Source of the DNA: an uncultured Acidimicrobiales bacterium
GTDB taxonomy: Bacteria; Actinomycetota; Acidimicrobiia; Acidimicrobiales; SZUA-35
Direction: 5' to 3'
Assembly (NCBI GenBank): GCA_963715325.1
Contig: CAVQRR010000002.1
Span: forward strand, 13,428 to 77,427
Length of the DNA stretch: 64,000 nucleotides
The translations under genes and the position numbers were made by a program. This document shows positions 9,368-18,179 of this stretch, in pieces; within the stretch, counting starts at the first letter, position 1; the number at the start of each line of letters is the position of its first letter. Below the pieces are notes generated by a model. The model was not told where the DNA came from, ran no database searches, and saw nothing but the letters and a program-made list of their open reading frames with translations.

Positions 9368-10720
9368 ATGGCCACCCAAGTCTCATCGGAAAAGGTGCCG
9401 TTTCACCTCAAAGGCAACTATGCGCCGGTCGACGACGAGGTCTCGGCCACCGACCTGGCGGTCACCGGATCGATCCCCGAGGAAATGTCCGGTCGGTTCT
9501 TCCGCAACGGGCCGAATCCCAAGTCCGGGCGCTCGGCCCACTGGTTCCTCGGCGACGGGATGATCCACGGCATCCGCCTGCGCGACGGCAAGGCCGACTG
9601 GTACCGGAACCGCTACGTCAAGACCAGGGCGCTGCTCGAACCGGACGCGAAGCTGATCGGCGACGACGGCACCGTCGACCGGACCATCGGGGTCAGCAAC
9701 ACCCACATCGTCGGCCACGCCGGCAGGATCCTGGCCCTCGTCGAGTCGAGTTTTCCCTGCGAGGTCACGCCAGACCTCGACACCATCGGCCCCTACGACT
9801 TCGACGGCCGGCTCGACACCGCGATGACCGCCCATCCCAAGATGTGTCCGGTGACCGGCGAGATGCATTTCTTCGGCTACGGGTTCTTCGAGCCGTATCT
9901 GACCTACCACCGGGTTTCGGCCGACGGTCAACTGGTGCAGTCGGAAGTGATCGACGTACCGGGCCCGACCATGATCCACGACTTCGCCATCACCGACCGC
10001 CATGTCGTGTTCATGGACCTGCCGATCGTGTTCGACCTCGAGCTGGCCATGCAGGGAACGATGCCCTACCGGTGGGACGACGACTACGGGGCCCGCATCG
10101 GCATCATGCCCCGATCGACCGATGAGGCCACCGCCGGGGCCGCCGATGTCAGATGGTTCGAGGTCGAGCCGTGTTACGTCTTTCACCCGATGAACGCCTT
10201 CGTCGACGACCAGGACCGGGTGGTCGTCGACACCGCTCGCTACCGGCAGCTGTGGCGGGGTTCGTCGAGCGACTTCAAGGACCACGCCACCCTGCATCGC
10301 TGGAGCTTCGACCTGGCAACCGATGCGGTACGCGAGACCGAGCTCGACGACCGACCGATGGAGTTCCCCAGGGTCGCAGAACACCTGACCGGTCTGGCGA
10401 ACCGATTCGGCTATGGGGCGGGCGGCCTGGACGGAACGGCGCTGATCAAATACGACCTCGAGGCCGGAACGTCGCAGCTGCGCGAGCTGGGACCGAACGG
10501 CATGCCGGGCGAGCCGGTGTTCGTGCCGGCGGCCGATCCCGAGAGCGAGGATCACGGGTGGCTGATGACCTACGTCTACGACAAGGCCCGCGATCGGAGC
10601 GATTTCGTGCTGCTCGACGCCCGGGACATGCAGGCCGAACCGGTGGCCAAGGTGGAGCTGCCCCAGCGGGTGCCGTTCGGGTTCCACGGCTCCTGGCTCG
10701 ACGACGCCGACTTCGCCTGA
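9368..10720 (+). CDS. carotenoid oxygenase family (carotenoid/apocarotenoid cleavage dioxygenase)
   Basis: RPE65/CCD pattern: FHLKGNYAPV, FFRNGPNP, HDFAITDRHVVF, FHPMNAF, PFGFHGSW. The start is ATG 9368. The upstream part of ORF 8771..10720 is not coding-like. Confidence 0.9.
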   Translation: MATQVSSEKVPFHLKGNYAPVDDEVSATDLAVTGSIPEEMSGRFFRNGPNPKSGRSAHWFLGDGMIHGIRLRDGKADWYRNRYVKTRALLEPDAKLIGDDGTVDRTIGVSNTHIVGHAGRILALVESSFPCEVTPDLDTIGPYDFDGRLDTAMTAHPKMCPVTGEMHFFGYGFFEPYLTYHRVSADGQLVQSEVIDVPGPTMIHDFAITDRHVVFMDLPIVFDLELAMQGTMPYRWDDDYGARIGIMPRSTDEATAGAADVRWFEVEPCYVFHPMNAFVDDQDRVVVDTARYRQLWRGSSSDFKDHATLHRWSFDLATDAVRETELDDRPMEFPRVAEHLTGLANRFGYGAGGLDGTALIKYDLEAGTSQLRELGPNGMPGEPVFVPAADPESEDHGWLMTYVYDKARDRSDFVLLDARDMQAEPVAKVELPQRVPFGFHGSWLDDADFA

Positions 10721-10749
10721 CCCCGGCCGAACCCAGGCCGGCCCGACCC

Positions 10750-11826
10750 TCAGTTCGACACCGCTCGCAGCCCGGAGGGGTCGATCGAAACGGTGACCGT
10801 TCGGCCCGGCTCCAGAGGCTCCGACGTCGTGAAACCGATGGTCTGCCCCGGTTCGGCTCCTGCGGTCGACCTCCTGGCCGTGACATCGTGGAACCCCCGT
10901 CGAAACACGACCTCGACGACGTCGACATCGACCGTCCAGCGGCCAGGATGGACCGAACCGGCGGGGTCGCAGACGGCGATCCCGGCCGCAGGCATGACAA
11001 CGACATGGTCACCCGGCCCCATCGATCGCAACCGGTGCTCGGGGGCCAGGGCCCCCAGTGGGCGACCGGACCAAAGCACCGCGCCGTCTGTGGTCACCGA
11101 GATCGACCAGATGTTCGGATGGCCGAGGAACCGGGCGACGAACCGGCTGCCCGGGTCGGCCCACAGCTCGGCCGGTGTGCCGATGGCCATCGGCCGACCG
11201 TTGGCAACCACCGCCACCCGGTCGGCCAGCGCGAAGGCCTCGGCCTGATCATGGGTCACGTGCAGCGCGGTTTGGCCGAGCCGGTTCAGCAGCCGGCGGA
11301 GGTCGCCGGTCAGCTGATCCCGGAGCGCCCGGTCCAGCGAGCCGAGCGGCTCGTCGAGCATCAACAGACCCGGCTCGGGAGCCAGCGCCCGAGCCAGGGC
11401 CACCCGCTGGGCCTCACCTCCTGACAGCTCGGTGGTGCGTCGCTCGCCGTAGCCTCCGAGGCCGACCAGTTCCAGTAGCTCGGTCACCCGGCGCCGCTGC
11501 TCCGGCTTCGGCCGCCCCGCGATGCGGAGCCCGTATGCGATGTTGTCGGCCACGCTGAGGTGGGAGAACAGGCCGTGATCCTGGAACATCAGGCCGAGAC
11601 CTCGGCGGTGGGTCGGCACCGGGGCCAGGTCACGTCCGTCGAGCAGGACCCGCCCTCCGACCAGTGGCTCCAACCCGGCGACCGCCCGGAGCAGCGTCGA
11701 CTTCCCCGAGCCGCTTGGCCCGACGACGGCCACGATCTCCCCCGATGCGGCCTCGAGCGAGAACCGATCGAGGGCCACGACCTCGCCGAAGCGAACCGTG
11801 ACGTCGTCGACGACCAGGCCGGTCAC
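10750..11826 (-). CDS. ABC importer ATP-binding protein (thiamine/iron-type, ThiQ/FbpC-like)
   Basis: Walker A GPSGSGKST, signature LSGGEAQRV, Walker B LLMLDEP, and a C-terminal TOBE-like domain. The GTG start at 11826 overlaps the permease stop (GTGA). Confidence 0.85.
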   Translation of the reverse strand: MTGLVVDDVTVRFGEVVALDRFSLEAASGEIVAVVGPSGSGKSTLLRAVAGLEPLVGGRVLLDGRDLAPVPTHRRGLGLMFQDHGLFSHLSVADNIAYGLRIAGRPKPEQRRRVTELLELVGLGGYGERRTTELSGGEAQRVALARALAPEPGLLMLDEPLGSLDRALRDQLTGDLRRLLNRLGQTALHVTHDQAEAFALADRVAVVANGRPMAIGTPAELWADPGSRFVARFLGHPNIWSISVTTDGAVLWSGRPLGALAPEHRLRSMGPGDHVVVMPAAGIAVCDPAGSVHPGRWTVDVDVVEVVFRRGFHDVTARRSTAGAEPGQTIGFTTSEPLEPGRTVTVSIDPSGLRAVSN

Positions 11827-13439
11827 AGCAGGGTCACGCCGTCGTCGCGCCGGAACTCGATGATGGCGGCGACAACCGCCACCACACACCCGATGACGAC
11901 GCTGAGTGCCAACGCCTGGCCGCGGAGCTGCTGGCCGGGATTCGACAGCAACCTGAACACCGCCAGCGGCGCGGTGAACGATGCGTCTCCTCTGGCCAGG
12001 AACGAGGTCGCCCCGAACTCGCCGATGCTGACCGCGGCGGCGAATCCGGCGCCGGTGGCCAAGGGCCGGCGAACCAGGGGCCAGTCGACGGTTCGGCGGA
12101 TCACCGACGGCGCTGCCCCGAGGGTGGCGGCGGCCTCCCGGACCCGGGGATCGATCGAGCGCAGGGCCGGGACCATGGCCGCCAGCACGAACGGCAGCCC
12201 GATGACGGCATGGGCCACCGGGACGAGCCACACCGACCGTCGGATGTCGAACAGCGTGAAGCCCACCAGGTAGCCGAAGCCGAGCGTCACCGCCGAGACC
12301 CCGAGCGGTAGCAGGGCGATCGTCTCCAGCAGCCGGCCGATCCGACCACCTCGTTCGATGGTCAGCGCGGCCAAGGAACCGACGACGGTGGCCACGAGCG
12401 CCGCCAGGGTGGCGAAACGTATCGAGTTCCACAGCGCCGCCGCCGCCGACACCGGCAACAGGTCGGACCGATCCAGCAGCAGCCGATAGTTGGTGATGCC
12501 GTAGCGTTGTCCGGAACCGAGGCGGATCACAAGCGACTGCTCCACCAGCACCAGGATCGGCAATCCGATGGTGACCGCCACCAGGGCGCACACCAGGCCG
12601 AGATGCAACCGTCTTCGGAAGCCCTCCACTGCGACCGGCTTCGCGGTGTTGCGCTGGACGAAGGCATGGCGCCGCTGGAATCGGGCCGAGGCGGCGGCCA
12701 GGACCAACACGACGAGGATCTGGAGCGCCGCCAGCACTGCCGCCACATCGAACTCCTGACGGGAGACCGCATAACGGTAGATCTCGGTCTCGATGGTGGC
12801 ACGGCGGAGACCGCCCAGCACCCTGATCACCCCGAAGCTGGTGAACGAGAAGAGGAAGACAAGCAGGTAGGAACCGGCCAGTACCGGCACCAGACTCCGC
12901 AGGGTCACCGTGAACCAGGCCCGAACCGGCGACGCCCCGAGCGTTGCCGCCACCTCGAGCTGGCGTCGGTCGATGCGGGCCCAGTAGCCGCCGACGACCC
13001 GAACCACCACCGCCAGGTTGAAGAAGACGTGAGCCGCCAGCACCGCCCACAGGGTCCGATCGATGGCCAGGCCGAAGCGATCGAACAGGGCGTCGAACGC
13101 CGCTGCCACCACGACGGTCGGCAGCACGAAGGGGACGATGACCAGGGCCCGCAGCGCCGCTCTGCCCCGAAACCGGTAGCGGGCGATGACGTGGGCGATC
13201 GGCAACCCGATCACCACCGTGAGGGCGGCCGACAGTGCCGCCTGCCATACGGTGAACACCAGCACCCGGCGGACCGAGCCCCGGGCCAGGATTTCGGTGA
13301 TGTCGGCCGGGCCGACCCCGGCCAGGCTGCGCTGCATGACCGCAGTCAACGGCCATGCCGACCATGATGGCGAGGAACAGTGTCGGCACTGCGGCCGAGC
13401 CGAGGCGCCCGAGGGGCGGGCGACGTCGCCAGCGGGCAA
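11823..13439 (-). CDS. ABC importer permease, duplicated (two-module) ThiP-like
   Basis: 538-aa polytopic membrane ORF with two repeated permease modules. It sits between the binding protein and the ATPase. Confidence 0.8.
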   Translation of the reverse strand: MPAGDVARPSGASARPQCRHCSSPSWSAWPLTAVMQRSLAGVGPADITEILARGSVRRVLVFTVWQAALSAALTVVIGLPIAHVIARYRFRGRAALRALVIVPFVLPTVVVAAAFDALFDRFGLAIDRTLWAVLAAHVFFNLAVVVRVVGGYWARIDRRQLEVAATLGASPVRAWFTVTLRSLVPVLAGSYLLVFLFSFTSFGVIRVLGGLRRATIETEIYRYAVSRQEFDVAAVLAALQILVVLVLAAASARFQRRHAFVQRNTAKPVAVEGFRRRLHLGLVCALVAVTIGLPILVLVEQSLVIRLGSGQRYGITNYRLLLDRSDLLPVSAAAALWNSIRFATLAALVATVVGSLAALTIERGGRIGRLLETIALLPLGVSAVTLGFGYLVGFTLFDIRRSVWLVPVAHAVIGLPFVLAAMVPALRSIDPRVREAAATLGAAPSVIRRTVDWPLVRRPLATGAGFAAAVSIGEFGATSFLARGDASFTAPLAVFRLLSNPGQQLRGQALALSVVIGCVVAVVAAIIEFRRDDGVTLL

Positions 13440-13484
13440 CGGCAGGGGGCCGGCCCGCGGGGCCGGACCCGGTGTCGAGGTCGG

Positions 13485-14669
13485 TCAGCGGAGCACGATC
13501 TCGGCCCACCGCTCGGTCCAATCGCTTCGGTTGGCCTCGATGTCGGCCGGGCTGATGGTCAGTGGTTCGGTGACCTCGGCGGCGTTGGCCCGGTAGAGCT
13601 CGGGCAGCGCCACCTCGGCGTTCGCCGGGGCAACGAACATGTTCAGTGGGATGTCGGCCTGGAACGTTTCCGAGAGCATGAAGTCGATCAGCTTGCCGGC
13701 CGCCGACTCCACCTCGGTGCCTGCCAGGACGCCGGCGAACTCGATCTGTCTGAAACAACCGTCTGTCATGACCTGGGTGGGTGCGGTCTCGATGGCCTCG
13801 GTGGCGAACAGCACTTCGGCAACCGGGCTCGACGCGTAGGACGTGACCAGCGCCTTGTCCCCGCCGCCGGCCACGAACTCGCCGTAGTAGGCCTCGGTCC
13901 AGCCCGGTGTGACGGTGACGCCACCGTCACGAAGCTGACGCCAATAGTCCTCCCACCCGTCCTCGCCGTAGCGGGCGATCGTGGCCAGCAGGAAGGCGAA
14001 CCCCGGCGACGACGTTTCCGGATCGGGGGTGACGAAGGAGCCGGCGAACGCCGGGTCGGTGAGGTCGTCGAGATCGGTCGGGGCGTCAGCAACCCGGTCG
14101 GTCCAGTAGTTGATGCACACGTCGCCGAAGTCGATGGGGGTGACCCGGTGCTCGGGATCGAGCTCCAGTTCGTCCGGTACGTCGGCCAGTCCCGGCGATT
14201 CGTACGGCAGGAACAGTCCGGCGTCGAGACCCCGCTGGAGAAAGGTGTTGTCGATGCCGAACAGCACATCGCCCTCCGGTTGATCGGACGACAGCACGGC
14301 CCGGGCCACCACCTCGCCGGCGTCGCCGCCCTTGATGACCTCGACCTCGATCCCGGTGTCGAGGGTGAAGTTGTCGAACAACCCATCGCTGACCGAGAAC
14401 GAGTCGTGGGTGACGAGCCGGACGACCGTGCCGGGCTCGATGGCCACCGGATCGTCCCCATCGGCCGACACCTCGGACTCGGCGGTCGTCTGCTGCTCGG
14501 CACCGTCCGCGCCGCCGGGCACCTCCTCGCCCGGTGGGCTCGCCGGGTCCTCGCTCAACGCTTCGTCGTCACCGCCGGAACAGCCCGCCGCAAGCAACGA
14601 AATCGTCAGTAGCAGTGCCGAAAAGCCGCGGACGGGGCCAACGGGCACATGGAGACGTCTGTGATGCAT
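13485..14669 (-). CDS. ABC importer substrate-binding lipoprotein, thiamine-type (TbpA/ThiB-like)
   Basis: Lipobox LLAAGCSG and a periplasmic-binding fold pattern. It lies directly downstream of a TPP riboswitch. Confidence 0.85.
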   Translation of the reverse strand: MHHRRLHVPVGPVRGFSALLLTISLLAAGCSGGDDEALSEDPASPPGEEVPGGADGAEQQTTAESEVSADGDDPVAIEPGTVVRLVTHDSFSVSDGLFDNFTLDTGIEVEVIKGGDAGEVVARAVLSSDQPEGDVLFGIDNTFLQRGLDAGLFLPYESPGLADVPDELELDPEHRVTPIDFGDVCINYWTDRVADAPTDLDDLTDPAFAGSFVTPDPETSSPGFAFLLATIARYGEDGWEDYWRQLRDGGVTVTPGWTEAYYGEFVAGGGDKALVTSYASSPVAEVLFATEAIETAPTQVMTDGCFRQIEFAGVLAGTEVESAAGKLIDFMLSETFQADIPLNMFVAPANAEVALPELYRANAAEVTEPLTISPADIEANRSDWTERWAEIVLR

Positions 14670-14671
14670 TC

Positions 14672-14768
14672 TGGCTCCCTTTCGCTGGTATTACCCAGAT
14701 CAGGTTCGGCGGGTCGACAGGGGTAGCTGTCCTCTCAGCCCGGCATCATCCGAGCTCCCCGGTTCTTG
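14672..14768 (-). promoter_or_regulatory. TPP (THI-box) riboswitch
   Basis: The minus-strand RNA reads GGGGAGCUCGGAUGAUGCCGGGCUGAGAGGACAGCUACCCCUGUCGACCCGCCGAACCUGAUCUGGGUAAUACCAGCGAAAGGGAGCC and ends 2 nt before the ATG at 14669. It contains the CUGAGA and ACCUGAUCUGGGUAAUACCAGCGAAAGGGA cores. Confidence 0.85.
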
Positions 14769-14816
14769 CTTGGTATTCGCTTGTCGTTTCGATTCTAAAC
14801 CGGCGACACTGCCTTC

Positions 14817-15296
14817 GTGACTCCCGCCATCAAGTTGCTCGAAAAGAGCGGTATCGACCACCGGGTCGTGAGCTACACCCACGATCCGGCGGCCGAATCC
14901 TATGGAGCGGAGGCGGCCGAGGCGCTGGGGCTGGACCCGGGGCGGGTGTTCAAGACGCTGCTGGCCGAACTGGACGACGGCGAAACCGTTGTCGCCGTGG
15001 TACCGGTTGCCCGGCGACTCGATCTCAAAGCGCTGGCCCGCTCCGCCGGAGCCAAGAAGGCCACGATGGCCGACCCCCGCCATGCCGAACGGCTGACCGG
15101 CTACGTCGTCGGGGGAATCTCACCGCTCGGCCAGCGGAAACGGCTGCGAACCTTCGTCGACGCCAGCGCCGGCGGCCTCGACGAAATCCATGTCAGCGGC
15201 GGCCGGCGAGGGCTGGAGATCGCCCTGGCGCCGGCGGCGCTGACCGGGCTGCTGGACGCCGTCGTCGACGACCTGAGCGCCGAGGAGGGCCGATGA
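14817..15296 (+). CDS. ybaK: Cys-tRNA(Pro)/Cys-tRNA(Cys) deacylase YbaK
   Basis: 159 aa. YbaK/ProX pattern: TPAIKLLEKSGIDH...VFKTLL...GYVVGGISPLGQ. Confidence 0.85.
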   Translation: MTPAIKLLEKSGIDHRVVSYTHDPAAESYGAEAAEALGLDPGRVFKTLLAELDDGETVVAVVPVARRLDLKALARSAGAKKATMADPRHAERLTGYVVGGISPLGQRKRLRTFVDASAGGLDEIHVSGGRRGLEIALAPAALTGLLDAVVDDLSAEEGR

Positions 15297-15357
15297 ACAC
15301 CTCGAACGTTCGGGAGACGCGGCGATCGATCGATCATCGCCCGACGGGACCGGACAG

Positions 15358-15897
15358 GTGACGGGCTCACTGCTGATCGTCACCGGCCCACCGGGGGCGG
15401 GGAAGTCGACGGTGGCCGGTGTGCTGGCGGGGCGAGCGGCCCGCAGCGTCCTGGTTGCCGGCGACAGCTTCTTCGCGTTTCTGGCCGGTGGGATGATCGA
15501 ACCGTGGCTGCCGGCCTCGGCCACCCAGAACGAGATCGTGACAGATGCCGCCGGGGCCGCCACCGGCCGGTTCGTGGCAGGCGGGTATCGAACCATCTAC
15601 GACGGTGTGGTCGGGCCGTGGTTCCTGGACCGATTCCTGGCCGCGACCGGGATCGACGGGGCCGACTACGCCATCGTGTTGCCGCCGGTCGAGGTCTGCC
15701 TCCAGCGGGTGGCGACGCGGCCCGGGCACGGTTTCCGCGACGCCCCCGCTGCGGCCAAGATGCATCGCGAGTTCGCCGCCGCCACCATCGACGGGCGCCA
15801 TGTCATCGACAACCGGGCAACCGGCCCGGAAGAACTGGCCGACCTCGTGGAGCAAAGAGCCTTGGCCGGGACCCTGCGGTACGAGATCCAGCGGTGA
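15358..15897 (+). CDS. P-loop NTPase / small-molecule kinase-like (AAA_33-type)
   Basis: 179 aa with Walker A GPPGAGKST at the N-terminus. Its size is typical of the shikimate/gluconate-kinase-like fold. No specific family was recognised. Confidence 0.7.
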   Translation: MTGSLLIVTGPPGAGKSTVAGVLAGRAARSVLVAGDSFFAFLAGGMIEPWLPASATQNEIVTDAAGAATGRFVAGGYRTIYDGVVGPWFLDRFLAATGIDGADYAIVLPPVEVCLQRVATRPGHGFRDAPAAAKMHREFAAATIDGRHVIDNRATGPEELADLVEQRALAGTLRYEIQR

Positions 15898-15933
15898 CGG
15901 CACGAGAACCGCGGTCGAGCCCAATGCGCCCCG

Positions 15934-16419
15934 TCAGTGCTCGCCGAGCAGGTAGTGGGCCCCCGGACCCTGCTCGGCCGCCATGTCACCGGGATTGAAT
16001 ACGTCGCAGGCATCGAGGGTCTGGCAGCCACAGCCGATGCAGGCCGACAGTTTGTCCCTGATCGCCTCCAGCACGGCGATCTGATGGTCGAGCCGGGGCC
16101 GCCACTGACCGGCGAAGGTCTCCCACTCCTCCTTGGTCGGCGCCCGATCGTCCGGTAGTTCGCGGAGCGAGTCGCGGATCTCGGCCAACTTGAGCCCCAC
16201 GCTCTGGGCCGCCCGGATGAACGCCACCCGCCGTAGCACGTCGCGGGCATAGCGGCGTTGCCCGCCGGCGGTTCGACGGGAGACGATCAGCCCGTTCTGC
16301 TCGTAGAACCGCAACGCCGAGGTGGAGATCCCGATCCGGGCCGCGGTCTCCCCGATGGTCATCTCCCCATCGGCCGGTTCGCTCACCCGATCAGCGTCCA
16401 TCACGGCTGGCAACCCCAA
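15934..16419 (-). CDS. soxR: redox-sensitive MerR-family activator SoxR
   Basis: MerR-type HTH (MTIGETAARIGISTSALRFYEQNGL) and the SoxR [2Fe-2S] cysteine cluster CIGCGCQTLDAC. Confidence 0.85.
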   Translation of the reverse strand: MGLPAVMDADRVSEPADGEMTIGETAARIGISTSALRFYEQNGLIVSRRTAGGQRRYARDVLRRVAFIRAAQSVGLKLAEIRDSLRELPDDRAPTKEEWETFAGQWRPRLDHQIAVLEAIRDKLSACIGCGCQTLDACDVFNPGDMAAEQGPGAHYLLGEH

Positions 16420-16431
16420 TGCCGGCCCCGG

Positions 16432-17790
16432 TCAAGGGATTGGCAGGACCACCGGGCCGTCCGGTGCGTCCTCGACGGTCCAGCCGGCGGCGGCCAGCCG
16501 ATCCCTGAGCTCGTCGGCCCTGGCGTAGTCCTTGGCCCGGCGAGCCGCCGCCCGTTGGTCGGCCAGCGCCTGGATGTCGGCCGGGATCGAACCGGTTTCG
16601 GCTCGTAGTTCGAGGCCCAGAGCGTTGGCGATCTCCATCACCGACGCGGCGGCGCCGGCCGCCACCCCGGCGTCACCGCCATCGAGCGCCGAGTTGGCTT
16701 CCCGAACCTGACGGAACATCAGGTCCACCGCCCCCGGGGTGTCGAGATCGTTCTCCATCAGCTCTACGAACGCAGCCAGCACGTCCCGATCGGCCGTGCC
16801 GCCGAGCGTCGCAGTACGGCGGGCGAAGCCGTCGAGCCGGTCGAGGGCCGCCTCGGCAGACGTCATCGTGTTGTCCGTGACCTCGATCGGCGAACGGTAG
16901 TGCGACTGCAGCAACAACAGCCGATAGGCCCGCGGATCGTATTGCTCGGTCAGGTCGAGCAGGTTCCTGACGTTTCCAAGGGACTTCGACATCTTCTCGC
17001 CCCCGAGCTCGACGAAGCCGTGATGCATCCAATGCCCGGCGAAGGAGCGACCGAGGGCCACCGCCTGGGCCCGCTCATTCTCGTGGTGGGGGAAGACCAG
17101 GTCGAGCCCGCCGGTGTGGAGATCGAAACCCTCGCCGAGCAGATCGAGGCTCATGACGACACATTCGGTGTGCCAGCCCGGCCGACCATCCCCCCACGGC
17201 GATGGCCAGAACGGCTCACCCTCCTTGGCCAGCTTCCAGAGCGCGAAATCCGCCGGGTGGCGCTTCTCGCCGCCAACGATCTCCCGCTCGCCGCCGCCTT
17301 CCCGAAGATCCTCCAGCTCCTGGTGGGGCAGCAGCCCGTAGTCCTCCACCGACTGGACCGAGAGGTACACCCCGTCCGAGGTTCGATAGGCCTTGCCGGC
17401 ATCGACCAGGTCCACCACGAGATCGATCATCTGCTTCACGTACTCGGTGGCATGGGGCGTGTGATCGGGCCTGGCGACATTCAGCCGGTCCATGGCCTCC
17501 CACCACACCGCCTCGCACTTGCGGGCGATATCGGCCGGGTCCCTGCCCTCGGCGTTGGCCCGCTCGATGATGGCATCGTCGATGTCGGTGATGTTGGACA
17601 CGAACTCGACGTCGAGCCCCGACCATTCCAGGAACCGCCGCAGCACGTCGTACACCAGCACCTGACGGCCGTGTCCGATATGGGGTGGTGCGTAGACGGT
17701 AGGACCGCAGACGTAGATCGACACCTTGCCGGGATCGCGCTGGGCCAGCGGAACGACCCGTCGGGTCGCGGTGTCGTAGAGCTGCATCAT
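16432..17790 (-). CDS. cysS: cysteine--tRNA ligase
   Basis: HIGH-type motif CGPTVYAPPHIGHGR, KMSKS (EKMSKSLGN) and the C-terminal anticodon/DALR-2 region. The start is at the MMQLYDT methionines (17790 or 17787). Confidence 0.92.
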   Translation of the reverse strand: MMQLYDTATRRVVPLAQRDPGKVSIYVCGPTVYAPPHIGHGRQVLVYDVLRRFLEWSGLDVEFVSNITDIDDAIIERANAEGRDPADIARKCEAVWWEAMDRLNVARPDHTPHATEYVKQMIDLVVDLVDAGKAYRTSDGVYLSVQSVEDYGLLPHQELEDLREGGGEREIVGGEKRHPADFALWKLAKEGEPFWPSPWGDGRPGWHTECVVMSLDLLGEGFDLHTGGLDLVFPHHENERAQAVALGRSFAGHWMHHGFVELGGEKMSKSLGNVRNLLDLTEQYDPRAYRLLLLQSHYRSPIEVTDNTMTSAEAALDRLDGFARRTATLGGTADRDVLAAFVELMENDLDTPGAVDLMFRQVREANSALDGGDAGVAAGAAASVMEIANALGLELRAETGSIPADIQALADQRAAARRAKDYARADELRDRLAAAGWTVEDAPDGPVVLPIP

Positions 17791-17867
17791 GGGTTCAAGA
17801 GTAGCGATCACGCACCTCGACCGGAGGCGAATTGCGGGGCGTCCGCGCCCTGCCCGGTTCGGTGGAG

Positions 17868-17945
17868 TAGAAAACGAGAAAGGGGATCGCGTTACATTTT
17901 CCGCTAGCTGCCCAAAAGCGACCGCGGGTCCGAACGCGATCCCCT
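17868..17945 (-). terminator. terminator-like hairpin with U-tract in the cysS leader
   Basis: A 13-bp stem, AGGGGAUCGCGUU...AACGCGAUCCCCU (17945-17933 paired with 17893-17881), encloses a 39-nt structured loop. On the minus strand it is followed by UUCUCGUUUUC, about 80 nt upstream of the cysS start. Confidence 0.4.
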
Positions 17946-18179
17946 CCTCCGATCAGCGCAAGCTCCGAAACCCGGTCGTGACCGGTCGAAGCCCCGTTGA
18001 ACGATGCCTACCATCTCAGCTCGAAACGCAACCGTCAAGTGCCTCCGAGCACACCACCACTGCGTCGTGGTCGGGCTGTTCGGTTGCTCAAATATGGACC
18101 ACCGTGCCCATCAGTAGGTTTGCAGTCGCGGCAAAATCGGCTGGAGCCCCCGGATTTGGCGGTCGGCTAGGGTTCCTCC

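Noticed and set aside
10750-13758. A 1002-aa ORF spanning the whole ABC importer region.
   Set aside because: Only the C-terminal ~358 aa (the ATPase) are meaningful. Upstream, the frame runs out of phase through the permease gene and gives Arg/Gly/Pro-rich nonsense. The real permease is ORF 11823..13439.
17881-17945. A GGGGATC...GATCCCC pairing that looks like a tRNA acceptor stem.
   Set aside because: It spans only 63 nt, the stem continues to 13 bp, and there is no D-arm or T-arm. It is treated as a leader hairpin instead.
17946-18179. T-box riboswitch upstream of cysS (UGC-A triplet, GGUGGUG stretch).
   Set aside because: The GGUGG-like string is about 120 nt from the terminator, not adjacent to it. 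No AGAGA/distal-loop or conserved T-box 14-mer was found.
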